Shown one piece after another: positions 22,903 through 32,262 of a DNA stretch of 39,205 bases; position 1 is the stretch's first letter; each line of letters begins with the position of its first letter. The stretch is from Candidatus Poseidoniales archaeon. GTDB lineage: Archaea; Thermoplasmatota; Poseidoniia; Poseidoniales; Thalassarchaeaceae. The notes under the pieces are model-generated. The model was given only the letters and a program-made list of their open reading frames with translations, did not search any database and was not told where the DNA came from. Position numbers and translations under genes: made by a program. The stretch covers positions 1 through 39,205 of the forward strand of contig JBJLBW010000010.1 of NCBI GenBank assembly GCA_045568015.1, written 5' to 3'.

Positions 22903-25209
22903 TCAATTAAAATTTGAGTTTTCCAATTGGAAAATTCTATCTCTCAACCGTGCTGCGTTTTCAAAGTCAAGCCGTTCAGCCGACTGATTCATTTCTTTCC
23001 TCAATCTCCCGATGAGTTGTGCCTTTGAGTCAAATTCTCCATCGTCCACAACCACATCCTCAGGTTGAGATAAATTGGACAGAACATTGTCTCCCCATGC
23101 ACCGGCTCCAAGATTGAATTTCTTGATGAGATCACTTTCTTTGTCCTTACCAGTCTGTCCGGTGAAATTGCCGACGAATCTTTTTCCACCAGTCATACCT
23201 TTTCCAGCAGTACCTGCCAGCAACTGTTCAGCTTCAATCCCCATCACCGGCAAGGGTTTCTGGATTGTTTTTGGAGTAACCCCATTTGCCTCATTGTATG
23301 CGATTTGCCTCTGTCTACGTTCGATTGTTTGAGATATTGCGGATTCCATGGCTCGGCCGATGGTATCGGCGTAGAGAATAACACGGCCATTTTGATTTCG
23401 AGATGCCCTTCCAATCGTTTGCAACAGGCTTCTTTCATTCCGAAGAAATCCTTCTTTATCGGCATCAAAGATCGCTACGAGACTTACTTCGGGGATGTCC
23501 AAGCCTTCACGCAATAGATTGATTCCCACGATGACATCAATGTGGCCAATGCGAAGTGCTTTGATGATTTCACTTCGTTCCAACGTATCTATTTCAGAAT
23601 GAAGATAGTGAGCCTTGACACCCATTCTTTGGAGATAATCTGCAACCTCTTCTGCAAACTTGATTGTCATCACTGTAACCAGCACCCTTTCATTTTTCTG
23701 AGTGCAAGCATTAATTTCATCCAACAAGTCCTGAACTTGACCTTCTGATGGTCTGACTTCAATCTCAGGATCAAGTAATCCTGTAGGGCGGATTTCCATT
23801 TTTGAAATTCCTTGTATTTCCCCCAAGGCATCTTTCAGCAGTGGTTTGCGCTTTGCCTTTGGATCATTCTCTCGAATAGGTTGCCCAGTCACTTCGCAAA
23901 GTTGCCGTAATTCTCGTTCGCCAGGTGTTGCACTTACATAGAGAATCTGAGGAACCAATGCTTGAAACTCGTGAGCTTTCAATGGCCTATTATCTGCGGC
24001 AGAGGGCAATCTAAACCCATGTTCAATGAGATTTTCTTTCCTTGAGCGATCTCCGTGATACATACCTCCCAATTGAGGTAATGTGACATGACTTTCATCC
24101 ATGATGACGAGGAATTTTTCCTTTGAACCATGGAACGTTTGTGCACATGCTGCAAAGAAATCCAGTAGGCAGTATGGTCGCTCACCAAAGTCACGACCAT
24201 CAAAGTGCATAGAGTAATTCTCGACACTGCGACAATGTCCGATTTCACGCAACATATCCAAATCGTAACGCGTCTTAGACTCTAAGCGGTGAGCCTCCAA
24301 ATCCATCCCTGCCCTTTCAAAGAAATCCAACCTTTGCTGCAGCTCGAATTCAATGTCCTCAAGCGCCTTTTCAAATCGGTCAGGACCAGTCATAAAGAAC
24401 TCCTTTGGATGAATCCAAACCTCTTCAATTTCGTCAACAGCTTCCCATGAAACCGCTTCACAGACCTGTATTCTTGTGATTCCATCTAAGTCAAATTGGA
24501 TTCGAATGGGATCGTCCCTGCTCGGCATCCAAAGGTCGAGAACTTCGCCGCGCAATCGCAACTCCCCTCGGGAAATTTCCCCTGTAACTCGTCGGTATTG
24601 GAGAGCAACCAATTCCTTGACGACCTCCTGAGGTTCCACTTCTTGTCCCACATGCAACCGGGCATGCTGTTGCAGAAACGTTTCAGGTGGGTTGAGGCCG
24701 TAAATTGCAGATACTGTGGCTACGACAAGAACGTCTGGGCGTGAAACAAGTGATGCGACCGTAGAGAACCGTTCTTGCTCAATTCGTTCATTCAATGACA
24801 ACTCTTTCTCGATGTATAGGTCTCTTTTTGGTAGATATGCCTCAGGTTGGTAGTAGTCATAATGCGATACGAAATATTCTACAGCATTCCCAGGGAACAA
24901 ACCAGACATTTCTTGCCAAAGTTGCCGAGATAGCGTTTTGTTGTGGGACAGAATTAGAGTTGGGATATTCAATGCCTCGATGATGTTGGCCATTGCGAAT
25001 GTTTTACCCGAACCGGTAACTCCTAACATCACACACCTTGACTGGGAATTCCTCAATTGAGAAACCGATTTTTGAATTGCAGATTCTTGGTCACCAGCCA
25101 CCCCATATTCGGAGTGCAGCTCAAATTTCGAAATCGAAGGGTCGAGATGGGCTTTTGCCGCGCCTTCAAGTGCCTTTGAGAGATCAAATGGGTCCACATC
25201 CTCACTCAT
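22903..25209 (-). CDS. uvrB: Excinuclease ABC subunit B (UvrB)
   Basis: GVTGSGKTF (Walker A), DESH, beta-hairpin region YYQPEAY, helicase motifs GINLLREGLDIPEV and QTIGRASRN, C-terminal UVR helix FENAARLRDRIFQLE. ATG 25209 forms an ATGA overlap with the ubiA stop. Confidence 0.93.
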   Translation of the reverse strand: MSEDVDPFDLSKALEGAAKAHLDPSISKFELHSEYGVAGDQESAIQKSVSQLRNSQSRCVMLGVTGSGKTFAMANIIEALNIPTLILSHNKTLSRQLWQEMSGLFPGNAVEYFVSHYDYYQPEAYLPKRDLYIEKELSLNERIEQERFSTVASLVSRPDVLVVATVSAIYGLNPPETFLQQHARLHVGQEVEPQEVVKELVALQYRRVTGEISRGELRLRGEVLDLWMPSRDDPIRIQFDLDGITRIQVCEAVSWEAVDEIEEVWIHPKEFFMTGPDRFEKALEDIEFELQQRLDFFERAGMDLEAHRLESKTRYDLDMLREIGHCRSVENYSMHFDGRDFGERPYCLLDFFAACAQTFHGSKEKFLVIMDESHVTLPQLGGMYHGDRSRKENLIEHGFRLPSAADNRPLKAHEFQALVPQILYVSATPGERELRQLCEVTGQPIRENDPKAKRKPLLKDALGEIQGISKMEIRPTGLLDPEIEVRPSEGQVQDLLDEINACTQKNERVLVTVMTIKFAEEVADYLQRMGVKAHYLHSEIDTLERSEIIKALRIGHIDVIVGINLLREGLDIPEVSLVAIFDADKEGFLRNERSLLQTIGRASRNQNGRVILYADTIGRAMESAISQTIERRQRQIAYNEANGVTPKTIQKPLPVMGIEAEQLLAGTAGKGMTGGKRFVGNFTGQTGKDKESDLIKKFNLGAGAWGDNVLSNLSQPEDVVVDDGEFDSKAQLIGRLRKEMNQSAERLDFENAARLRDRIFQLENSNFN
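22904..22937. repeat. CAATTG dyad element, copy 2 (perfect 16-bp palindrome TTTTCCAATTGGAAAA at 22919-22934)
   Basis: CAATTAAAATTTGAGTTTTCCAATTGGAAAATTC is about 91% identical to 2047-2081 and in the same orientation. It overlaps the last 11 codons of uvrB. Confidence 0.6.
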
Positions 25210-26051
25210 GCAACCATCAACCCTCCGAGCAAAACCCACCCTGTGAGGACACTTGTGTAGAAGAAGGTCTTCTGAAAATCCTCTAACTTCTTTTGTCCAA
25301 TAATTACTCCAATGTTGATTAGAGACATGATGAGAGCAGCTCCTAGGAATGTGAATTCATCGATGGGATCGGCAATCGCAAAACATGCGAACCACAAGAG
25401 GGTAAATTGTACACTTGTTCGGAGGGTATGTTGCTCTCCAAATCGGGCTGGGAATGATTGAATTCCTTGTTCACGATCGCTTTCGACATCCATCGATGCA
25501 TAATTGAGATCAAATGCTGTAATCCAGAACATCACACCCAGGCAGATCCAGAAAATTGTAGGGTACCAATGCCATTCTGTGATGGCTGCCCAACCCAAAT
25601 CAGAACCGACAATTCCAAGCCACGCACCTGCGGGTGCCAAGCCCAAACACAACCCCAGCCAGAGGTGGCATGCCCACGTGACCCTTTTCGTGTATGGGTA
25701 GATTACGAAAGCCATGACTGGGAGCCAACTCATTGCGAGTGCAACCGTATTCAATTGCCAAGCTCCGATGAGTAACATCGATAGGAATAATGCGCCCAGT
25801 GACCATGCTGTATTCACTTTCATAGTCCCTGTAGCCAGTTGGCGATTGGATGTTCTCGGATTTTTTGCATCAATCTCTCGATCAATGATACGATTCAACG
25901 TCATTGCCAAACCACGGGCACCTACTGCAGCAACCAATATCCACGCCAGTTGAATCGCAGTTGGGTCACCTGCAATCCAGGCTCCAATGAAGACAAATGG
26001 TAGTGAGAACAGGGTGTGTTCTATTTTTACAAACTCGAGGATATTCTTCAC
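25206..26051 (-). CDS. ubiA: UbiA-family aromatic prenyltransferase (4-hydroxybenzoate polyprenyltransferase-like)
   Basis: First Asp-rich motif NRIIDREIDAKNPRT and about 8 TM helices. The only starts available are GTG 26051 (GTGA overlap with the ubiD stop) or TTG 26057. Confidence 0.85.
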   Translation of the reverse strand: MKNILEFVKIEHTLFSLPFVFIGAWIAGDPTAIQLAWILVAAVGARGLAMTLNRIIDREIDAKNPRTSNRQLATGTMKVNTAWSLGALFLSMLLIGAWQLNTVALAMSWLPVMAFVIYPYTKRVTWACHLWLGLCLGLAPAGAWLGIVGSDLGWAAITEWHWYPTIFWICLGVMFWITAFDLNYASMDVESDREQGIQSFPARFGEQHTLRTSVQFTLLWFACFAIADPIDEFTFLGAALIMSLINIGVIIGQKKLEDFQKTFFYTSVLTGWVLLGGLMVA

Positions 26052-27889
26052 ACCCAATTCCTCACCTCCTGCTCATACCATTCATCGACCTTTTTCTGTA
26101 TATCAGAATCATGGTTGCAGACTGCAGGCCACCTTCGTACCGGTAAATCCCCTTCATTCGAAGGAATTGGAGCGGTTGCATCCCAGCAGATCCTAGACCC
26201 ATCGGAAGAATAGTGCAAATCACGACTCACTTCAAATCGGCAAAACAACTGCCACAACAATACTCGCATTGCATCATCTGACTCCAAATCGACACTATCG
26301 TCAGTAATGAAAATCCAACGAAGATTATTTGAATTATCCAATTGCCAAATTGAATTTCTTAATTGCTCAATTTTATCTCTTTGCTTTAGTGCAGCCTCTT
26401 CATTGGTGTGTTCAGTATTCACTTCCTCTGGAGGCCCTCCTTCGATTTGAGTTGTAACGACAAGCATAGAAGGGCGAATCCAGCGGTGCTGAGAGATTCC
26501 CTCAACACCATCTAGAGTTACATTGGCTGCCTCTTGCTCCCTCGGTGTAGATGCGTCGATGAGGAGTTTGGAATGTACCCCCTCGTATGGCGCCGCATGT
26601 GCCAATTGATCAGCGACCATGCCATCAAGTATCACCAAATCATCAGGAATCGAAACATGTTGATCCAACACGTCAAGCAATGCATCGAGATTCTTGACAT
26701 CATGCTCTGGTCCGGTGGCGACGATGGTTTTGAGGAACATCATTTGGCCAGCCCCCCACAGACCAAGTGCAGTTTTACGTGCTTGTGCAGGGTATCGTTG
26801 CTTGGAGGAAACGATTGCGAGATTGTGAAAACCAGTTTCCAATGGTAAGAATACATTTCTTACATCTCGATGTTGGAATCGAAGTACGGGCAAGAAGGCG
26901 TCTCCGATGGCCTCACCCAGATATCCATCCTCCATCGGGGGTTTACCCACAATGGTCATCGGTACCACGGCATTTTTCCGGTGGGTAATTGCAGTCACGT
27001 GTAGAACGGGAAATTCTCCTTCCAGAGAATAATGACCAAAGTGGTCCCCAAACGGACCCTCTTCTCTTGTTTCACCAGGTATTGTGTACCCTTCAATGAC
27101 TACATCAGCTTCAGCAGGCACCCACAAATCTTGAGTCAAGCATTTGGTGATCCGAAGCCTCCTTTCCCCCAATAATCCAGCAAACATGTATTCTTCGAGA
27201 TTGTCGGGAAGTGGTGCAATTGCGCTGAACATTAATTCAGGCGGCCCTCCCATGCAAATTGCAACAGGCATTTTGCCACCACTTGCCGCAGCATGCTCAG
27301 CCCCATGTTTGTGCATTTGCCAGTGCAAACCAACTTCCTTCGGCCCGAAAACTTGGGCGCGATACATACCCAAATTGTGCTCCTCAGTTGCCGGATCTTT
27401 GGTGACGACCAATGGGAGTGTGATAAACGGTCCACCATCCATTGGCCAAGTTGTAGGAATCGGTAGTTTTGTTACATCTGGTTCAGTCATTCTGACCTCT
27501 TGGCAGGCTCCTCTACGGACTTTTTTGGGTGGGAGTGAGAGGGCCTTTTTGGCCAAAGGCCATGCTTTCCAAGGACGCTTTGCAAATGCTCCAATATCAG
27601 GTTTCATGAGATCGGTTAAACGTTCTCCAATCTCACTTGGTTTTTCGACACGTAGTGCTTGATTTGTTCGCCGCCTGGTTCCAAATAGATTCATCGCCAA
27701 TGGAAATTCAGAGATTGTCCCATCATCCAATCTTGGTTGTTCAAAAATGACTGCCGGACCACCATTCTTGACCAATTTGTCAGCAATACATCCTGCCTCA
27801 AGATAGCAATCCACAGGTTCGCTGATTCGAATCAGGTCCGCCTTGTCCTCCAAGGAGCGGAGGTAACGTCCCAGTCGGCGCCATCCCAT
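26048..27889 (-). CDS. ubiD: UbiD-family (prenylated-FMN dependent) decarboxylase
   Basis: MGWRRLGRYLRSLEDKADLIRISEPVD...GGPAVIFEQP...NLFGT, and a central HWQMHKHGA... region typical of UbiD. ATG 27889 is chosen because the track's longer ORF (to 28048) would overlap the divergent gene. The protein carries an insert of about 100 aa near the C-terminus. Confidence 0.9.
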   Translation of the reverse strand: MGWRRLGRYLRSLEDKADLIRISEPVDCYLEAGCIADKLVKNGGPAVIFEQPRLDDGTISEFPLAMNLFGTRRRTNQALRVEKPSEIGERLTDLMKPDIGAFAKRPWKAWPLAKKALSLPPKKVRRGACQEVRMTEPDVTKLPIPTTWPMDGGPFITLPLVVTKDPATEEHNLGMYRAQVFGPKEVGLHWQMHKHGAEHAAASGGKMPVAICMGGPPELMFSAIAPLPDNLEEYMFAGLLGERRLRITKCLTQDLWVPAEADVVIEGYTIPGETREEGPFGDHFGHYSLEGEFPVLHVTAITHRKNAVVPMTIVGKPPMEDGYLGEAIGDAFLPVLRFQHRDVRNVFLPLETGFHNLAIVSSKQRYPAQARKTALGLWGAGQMMFLKTIVATGPEHDVKNLDALLDVLDQHVSIPDDLVILDGMVADQLAHAAPYEGVHSKLLIDASTPREQEAANVTLDGVEGISQHRWIRPSMLVVTTQIEGGPPEEVNTEHTNEEAALKQRDKIEQLRNSIWQLDNSNNLRWIFITDDSVDLESDDAMRVLLWQLFCRFEVSRDLHYSSDGSRICWDATAPIPSNEGDLPVRRWPAVCNHDSDIQKKVDEWYEQEVRNWV

Positions 27890-27933
27890 GGTCGCGGGAA
27901 ACGTTCCCCCTATCAAATCCAGCGGGCGTGCGC

Positions 27934-27950
27934 CGGTGCCTACGGCACCG
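27934..27950. other. Tri-loop hairpin CGGTGCC-TAC-GGCACCG in the divergent ubiD / reductase spacer
   Basis: Perfect 7-bp stem read directly. It lies in the 98-nt spacer between starts at 27889 (-) and 27988 (+). Confidence 0.3.
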
Positions 27951-27987
27951 AGGCATTCAAGGCCCGTATCGGCTGTATCCCCCTCCA

Positions 27988-29214
27988 ATGGCAACCGAGT
28001 GTGATGTCCTCGTCGTCGGCGCTGGGCCGGGTGGAGGTGCTGCAGCATTGCATGCAGCTCGAGCCGGATTGTCGGTCATCCTCATCGAGGATCACGCCGA
28101 AATCGGTACACCGGTCCACTGTGGTGAATGCTTGTCTGACATCGCAGTCGCCAACTTGGAATTGGATTTACCAAAATCAGTCATCAGCAAGCGGGTTGAT
28201 GGTATTCGCGTCATCTTCCCAGATGGCACTGACAAACTGTTATCTGAACCCGGATATGTCCTTGAAAAGCACCTCTTTGAACAGTGGATTGCCGATGAAG
28301 CGGTCGCCGAAGGAGCATCCTTGAATTTAGGACACAAGTTGACCGGAATGACTCGAATTGAGTCTGACGGGAAATTCACAGGTTGGCAGTGTGAGGGCAA
28401 GGGTGATGTTTTCCCGATCACGACAAAAATCATCATCGATGCATCGGGTGTCGCAGGCGTTTGTTCCAAACTCACCAAACTCAACGAACGACCGAAGGTG
28501 ATTGCAGGCATTCAATACGAAATGCATGACGTACCCACTGATGGATATCTCGATTTCTACATCTGGCCAAAATATGCCAAGAAGGGATACCTTTGGATGA
28601 TTCCAAAGTGTGACGGTCGTGCGAACGTTGGACTTGTGAGCGAGGACAAAAAAGGCCTTGTGAAAGACTTGGATGCCTTCATCGATATTACACACTTTTC
28701 CGATCTTGAAATCACAAATCCTCCTTGGCGAGATGGTTCAATGTCGGTTAGAGGATTTGGAGGGACCATCCCAATTTCTGGTCCACATGAGCGAACCTAT
28801 GCAGACGGCCTGATGCTTGTGGGAGACGCCGCAGGGTTCACATCACCGTTGTTTGAAGGTGGTTCTCACCTAGCTCTCAAATCTGCAGTTTTTGCAGCCC
28901 AAACCGCGGCTTCGGCAATTAAGTCCGGCGATATATCAGGTACACATCTCGCAGCCTATCAAACGGCTTGGAAGAAAGAATTTCCACCCTATGAAAAAAT
29001 TCTGAAAGGCAAGACAGCACTTTACGATCTCAGCGATGACGAGATGTCCTTGATGGGTCGATGTTTCCCGACAGAAATGTCAGCCATGGGGCCGCATGGA
29101 AAGGCGATGGTCGGCCTTCGTCTTCTTGTTCGAAAACCGAGTTTGTATTTCCGTCGTATCGTACCCGCAATGCTCGCATTTGGTTACAGCCGTGCGAAGT
29201 ACTACGGATGGTGA
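27988..29214 (+). CDS. Geranylgeranyl reductase-family FAD-dependent oxidoreductase
   Basis: MATECDVLVVGAGPGGGAAALHAARAGLSVILIE (FAD Rossmann), GDAAGFTSPLFEGG. The start is set at ATG 27988, immediately before the dinucleotide-binding motif. Confidence 0.85.
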   Translation: MATECDVLVVGAGPGGGAAALHAARAGLSVILIEDHAEIGTPVHCGECLSDIAVANLELDLPKSVISKRVDGIRVIFPDGTDKLLSEPGYVLEKHLFEQWIADEAVAEGASLNLGHKLTGMTRIESDGKFTGWQCEGKGDVFPITTKIIIDASGVAGVCSKLTKLNERPKVIAGIQYEMHDVPTDGYLDFYIWPKYAKKGYLWMIPKCDGRANVGLVSEDKKGLVKDLDAFIDITHFSDLEITNPPWRDGSMSVRGFGGTIPISGPHERTYADGLMLVGDAAGFTSPLFEGGSHLALKSAVFAAQTAASAIKSGDISGTHLAAYQTAWKKEFPPYEKILKGKTALYDLSDDEMSLMGRCFPTEMSAMGPHGKAMVGLRLLVRKPSLYFRRIVPAMLAFGYSRAKYYGW

Positions 29215-29218
29215 CTCG

Positions 29219-31429
29219 ATGCGGAAACTCCTCGCAATCGCATTGATGTTCCCGTTTACAGCGCTACTATTTCTGTTTCTAATCGATGCATCAAGCATTG
29301 AATATATCTGGAACAATGGGGGTCCAGATCTGCCATTGTTGTACAGAATCAGTGCGATTTGGGCGGGTCGTGAAGGACCTTTGCTGCTATGGGTTGCAAT
29401 GCTTGGGGCCCTCCTCTTAATCGATGGGGAAAAGCACCCATCTGAAACCGACTCCCAACATCGTTTGCGTCTTCGATTGTTGATCGGGTTCTCCGCCTTA
29501 CTACTATTCATCGCACTGATGTTGAATCCATTCCGTGCAACCCCTTCCGATGCGCTTTCCCGCCCGGGCCTAAACGCCTTATTACAAACAGATTTGATGG
29601 TGATTCACCCCCCTGTGATTTTTGCATTTTACACACTGTGTGTGGGGGTTGGAGTTCACTCGATATCGGCCATGCTTCTCGCGGGCGCGCCCGCGAGAGA
29701 TAGAATTCTTCATCTCGCGCGCCCCGCATTGTGGGTGGGTACACTTGGCGTCGGCCTTGGCGGATTGTGGGCTTACACCGTACTAGATTGGGGTGGATAT
29801 TGGGCATGGGATCCCGTGGAGACAGGTTCACTATTGCCCTGGATTTCTTTGATTCTTCTACTACATCTTAGATTGCCCAAAGGAATGGCGAATGAGGATC
29901 ATTGGTTTGTAGGCTTAGGAATCGTACCCGCGTTTTTTGCAATCCATGCCACTTTGGTCACGCGCGCGAATGGAGTTTGGGCCAGCGTTCACGCATTTGT
30001 TGCCGAAGGCGACATCGATCCTTCGATGGGGCCGATTCAGCGAATTCTAGAATTGGGATTCAATGATGGGGCCGGACTTGAAGTACATCTCTATCTACTG
30101 ATGCTATTCGGTATGATGTGGTTGGGTACTCGCCATTTTGCAAACCCAACCGAACAGGAATGGTCTCCTCTGGCAATTATTGCAGGCGCCATTATTGGTT
30201 CATGGATGGGTTCCATTGAGGTCGGTATTTTGGCAGGTGTTTTCGCCTTCTTGTTGGCCAATCAATATGCGACCAAGGAACGCGTTGTGTGGATGGCTGC
30301 AGGTGTGACGTTGATGCTCTTCAGCTATTGGGCATTCTTGCTATCGATGACAACTGCGATTATTGGAATGATTGGATTTTTGTCCCCGATGTTTTTGTTG
30401 GGTGATCAAGAAGATCCTCCATTGAAATTGAATGATGGTCGTTGGCAACAGCGGGTGGTTCTATGGGTTCCTTTGGCGATTGGTGCGCCTTTCCTATTGC
30501 TGACATGGATGCTGTTGCTCGCCGAAGTGGACGGAACCAATCTAGCATGGCACGAGATATTCGGCTTACCTCTTCTTTGTCTTTCGGCCCTGGGTCTGAT
30601 GATTTACAGTTGGCGTAAAGTCGTCGCGCCACATCTTGTACCTCGCTTGTTGTGTGGTATGATTTTCCTCAGTATCCTGTTCGCTTACACGATGGGAGAA
30701 TATCTACCAGGAGATGCAGACCACTTGTTCTATGATGATGGGATATCCAGAGGAATGATTGCAGGTTTTGCCTTGCCATTGTTCTTGTTTTCCATCCCTC
30801 CGATGGTTCGCTTGGTATGGGTTAGATTCGGTGAATTCCAATTGCGTCGAAAACCGTTACAACTACGCCGACTGGCCATTCATGTAGCTCACCTCGGCAT
30901 CCTGCTATTGCTCGTTGGACACGTATTCACCACAACACTGGTTCAACGAGGCGATCCTAGTCATATCGTGATGCTAGCGAAGGATACCCCGATCGAGCAT
31001 AACGATTATTGGTATACATTCACAGAATTGACTGCCACGAGCCCAGATGATGATGAATGGGATGAGGATGTTGGAGATGGAAAAATCGTAGTCACAGTGG
31101 AAGTTCGAAAGGAGGCCGATGGTGACGCGATTGCAACACTGACGCCGGGGATGCTTCGTTTTGATGAAGGTGGTATTTCGGCTCGGCCCGAGACGGATAT
31201 TTGGCATCGTCCACAGGGCGATTTAGTCATGATTTTTGATCAGAGCCAAGCGAATGAACTGTATCTAACGTCATTCATGCAGCAAGGTGAATCAGTCGAC
31301 AGGGTACGTGTCGTCATCTATGATTTGACCGGCAGCCACTTGGTTTGGACTGGATGGACATTGATTTTGATTGGAACCGCACTGAATTGGATTATGACAC
31401 CATCCATTCGGAATCAAGAGGAAGAATGA
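29219..31429 (+). CDS. ccmF: Cytochrome c maturation protein CcmF-like (heme lyase / heme-handling WWD protein)
   Basis: WWD motif WGGYWAWDPVETGSLLPW, N-terminal YRISAIWAGREGPLLLW, about 15 TM helices, and a C-terminal soluble domain followed by a final TM. ATG 29219 is preceded by GGTGA 4 nt upstream. Confidence 0.85.
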   Translation: MRKLLAIALMFPFTALLFLFLIDASSIEYIWNNGGPDLPLLYRISAIWAGREGPLLLWVAMLGALLLIDGEKHPSETDSQHRLRLRLLIGFSALLLFIALMLNPFRATPSDALSRPGLNALLQTDLMVIHPPVIFAFYTLCVGVGVHSISAMLLAGAPARDRILHLARPALWVGTLGVGLGGLWAYTVLDWGGYWAWDPVETGSLLPWISLILLLHLRLPKGMANEDHWFVGLGIVPAFFAIHATLVTRANGVWASVHAFVAEGDIDPSMGPIQRILELGFNDGAGLEVHLYLLMLFGMMWLGTRHFANPTEQEWSPLAIIAGAIIGSWMGSIEVGILAGVFAFLLANQYATKERVVWMAAGVTLMLFSYWAFLLSMTTAIIGMIGFLSPMFLLGDQEDPPLKLNDGRWQQRVVLWVPLAIGAPFLLLTWMLLLAEVDGTNLAWHEIFGLPLLCLSALGLMIYSWRKVVAPHLVPRLLCGMIFLSILFAYTMGEYLPGDADHLFYDDGISRGMIAGFALPLFLFSIPPMVRLVWVRFGEFQLRRKPLQLRRLAIHVAHLGILLLLVGHVFTTTLVQRGDPSHIVMLAKDTPIEHNDYWYTFTELTATSPDDDEWDEDVGDGKIVVTVEVRKEADGDAIATLTPGMLRFDEGGISARPETDIWHRPQGDLVMIFDQSQANELYLTSFMQQGESVDRVRVVIYDLTGSHLVWTGWTLILIGTALNWIMTPSIRNQEEE

Positions 31430-31442
31430 GCCCTACGGGCTC
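31428..31442 (+). terminator. Tri-loop hairpin GAGCCC-TAC-GGGCTC overlapping the ccmF stop codon
   Basis: Perfect 6-bp stem. It starts within the TGA (31427-31429). No T-run follows, so a terminator role is uncertain. Confidence 0.3.
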
Positions 31443-31518
31443 GCGGCCCTTCCATCCGCACGCTCATAAAGGGGAAGTCGGTCGCCGGCTCGCCCACAAT
31501 GCTGGGTAGGTGAAGAAA

Positions 31519-32229
31519 ATGGAGAACGGTTCCATCGTCCATATCGATTATGACCTCTACAATGCTGACGATGATGTCCTCATCGAGACCACCCGAGAGG
31601 GGGTTGCGAAAGAGGCTGATACGTTTGATGAGAATCGTACATACACTCCTCTCATTACAGTGATTGGCGAAGGTCGCCTCATCGCTGGATTTGAAACCCA
31701 TTTGCTTGAAGCAGATGCTGAAACCGATTACGAATTTGATATTGCACCCGAGGATGCATACGGGGAACGCGACCCCAATGCAGTGGAGACAATGGGTCAA
31801 GATGTCCTAGCACGCTCTGTGCGCGACCCAGACAGTCTTGCGATTGGTGGCCCCGTTGAAATCAATGGAAAGCAAGGTATTCTACGAATGGTTCGGGCAG
31901 GTCGAGCACGAATTGATTTCAACCACCCTCTGGCGGGTCGAACACTACGCTACAAGTACCGTATCGTCAAGGTTGTAGAAGACCGTGCTGAGAAAGTCAC
32001 AACCCTCCTAGAAACCAACACGGGTAGAGATGGGTTCGAGGTCGCTTTCGATGGCGATGATTTGACAATCACCCTTCCAGAGTTTGTGGCCTACGATCAG
32101 AATTGGGCCTTCACAAAATTCAGCCTCATTCGAACGTTGCGTGACCACGTGGGTGTCCAGACTATTATTTTCAAAGAAGTCCACGAAGCTCGTCAAGCAG
32201 GCGAAGATGGTGCGGATTCCGAAGAGTGA
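31519..32229 (+). CDS. FKBP-type peptidyl-prolyl cis-trans isomerase (archaeal SlyD-like with insert-in-flap and C-terminal domain)
   Basis: GSIVHIDYDLYNADDDVLIETT, IAGFETHLLE, IDFNHPLAGRTLRYKYRIVKV. AGGTGA lies 5 nt before ATG 31519. Confidence 0.85.
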   Translation: MENGSIVHIDYDLYNADDDVLIETTREGVAKEADTFDENRTYTPLITVIGEGRLIAGFETHLLEADAETDYEFDIAPEDAYGERDPNAVETMGQDVLARSVRDPDSLAIGGPVEINGKQGILRMVRAGRARIDFNHPLAGRTLRYKYRIVKVVEDRAEKVTTLLETNTGRDGFEVAFDGDDLTITLPEFVAYDQNWAFTKFSLIRTLRDHVGVQTIIFKEVHEARQAGEDGADSEE

Positions 32230-32262
32230 ATCACTTTGAAACATTAGGCATGGGTGATTTCC

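Noticed and set aside
27890-28048. Apparent 121-nt overlap of the divergent ubiD (to 28048) and reductase (from 27928) ORFs
   Set aside because: Both N-terminal extensions are non-homologous R/H/P-rich sequence. Internal ATGs at 27889 (MGWRRLGRYL..., the UbiD N-terminus) and 27988 (MATECDVLVVGAGPGG, directly before the FAD motif) remove the overlap.
31414-31800. 128-aa minus-strand ORF
   Set aside because: It is antisense to the 5' half of the FKBP gene and to the ccmF terminus, and it has no motif.
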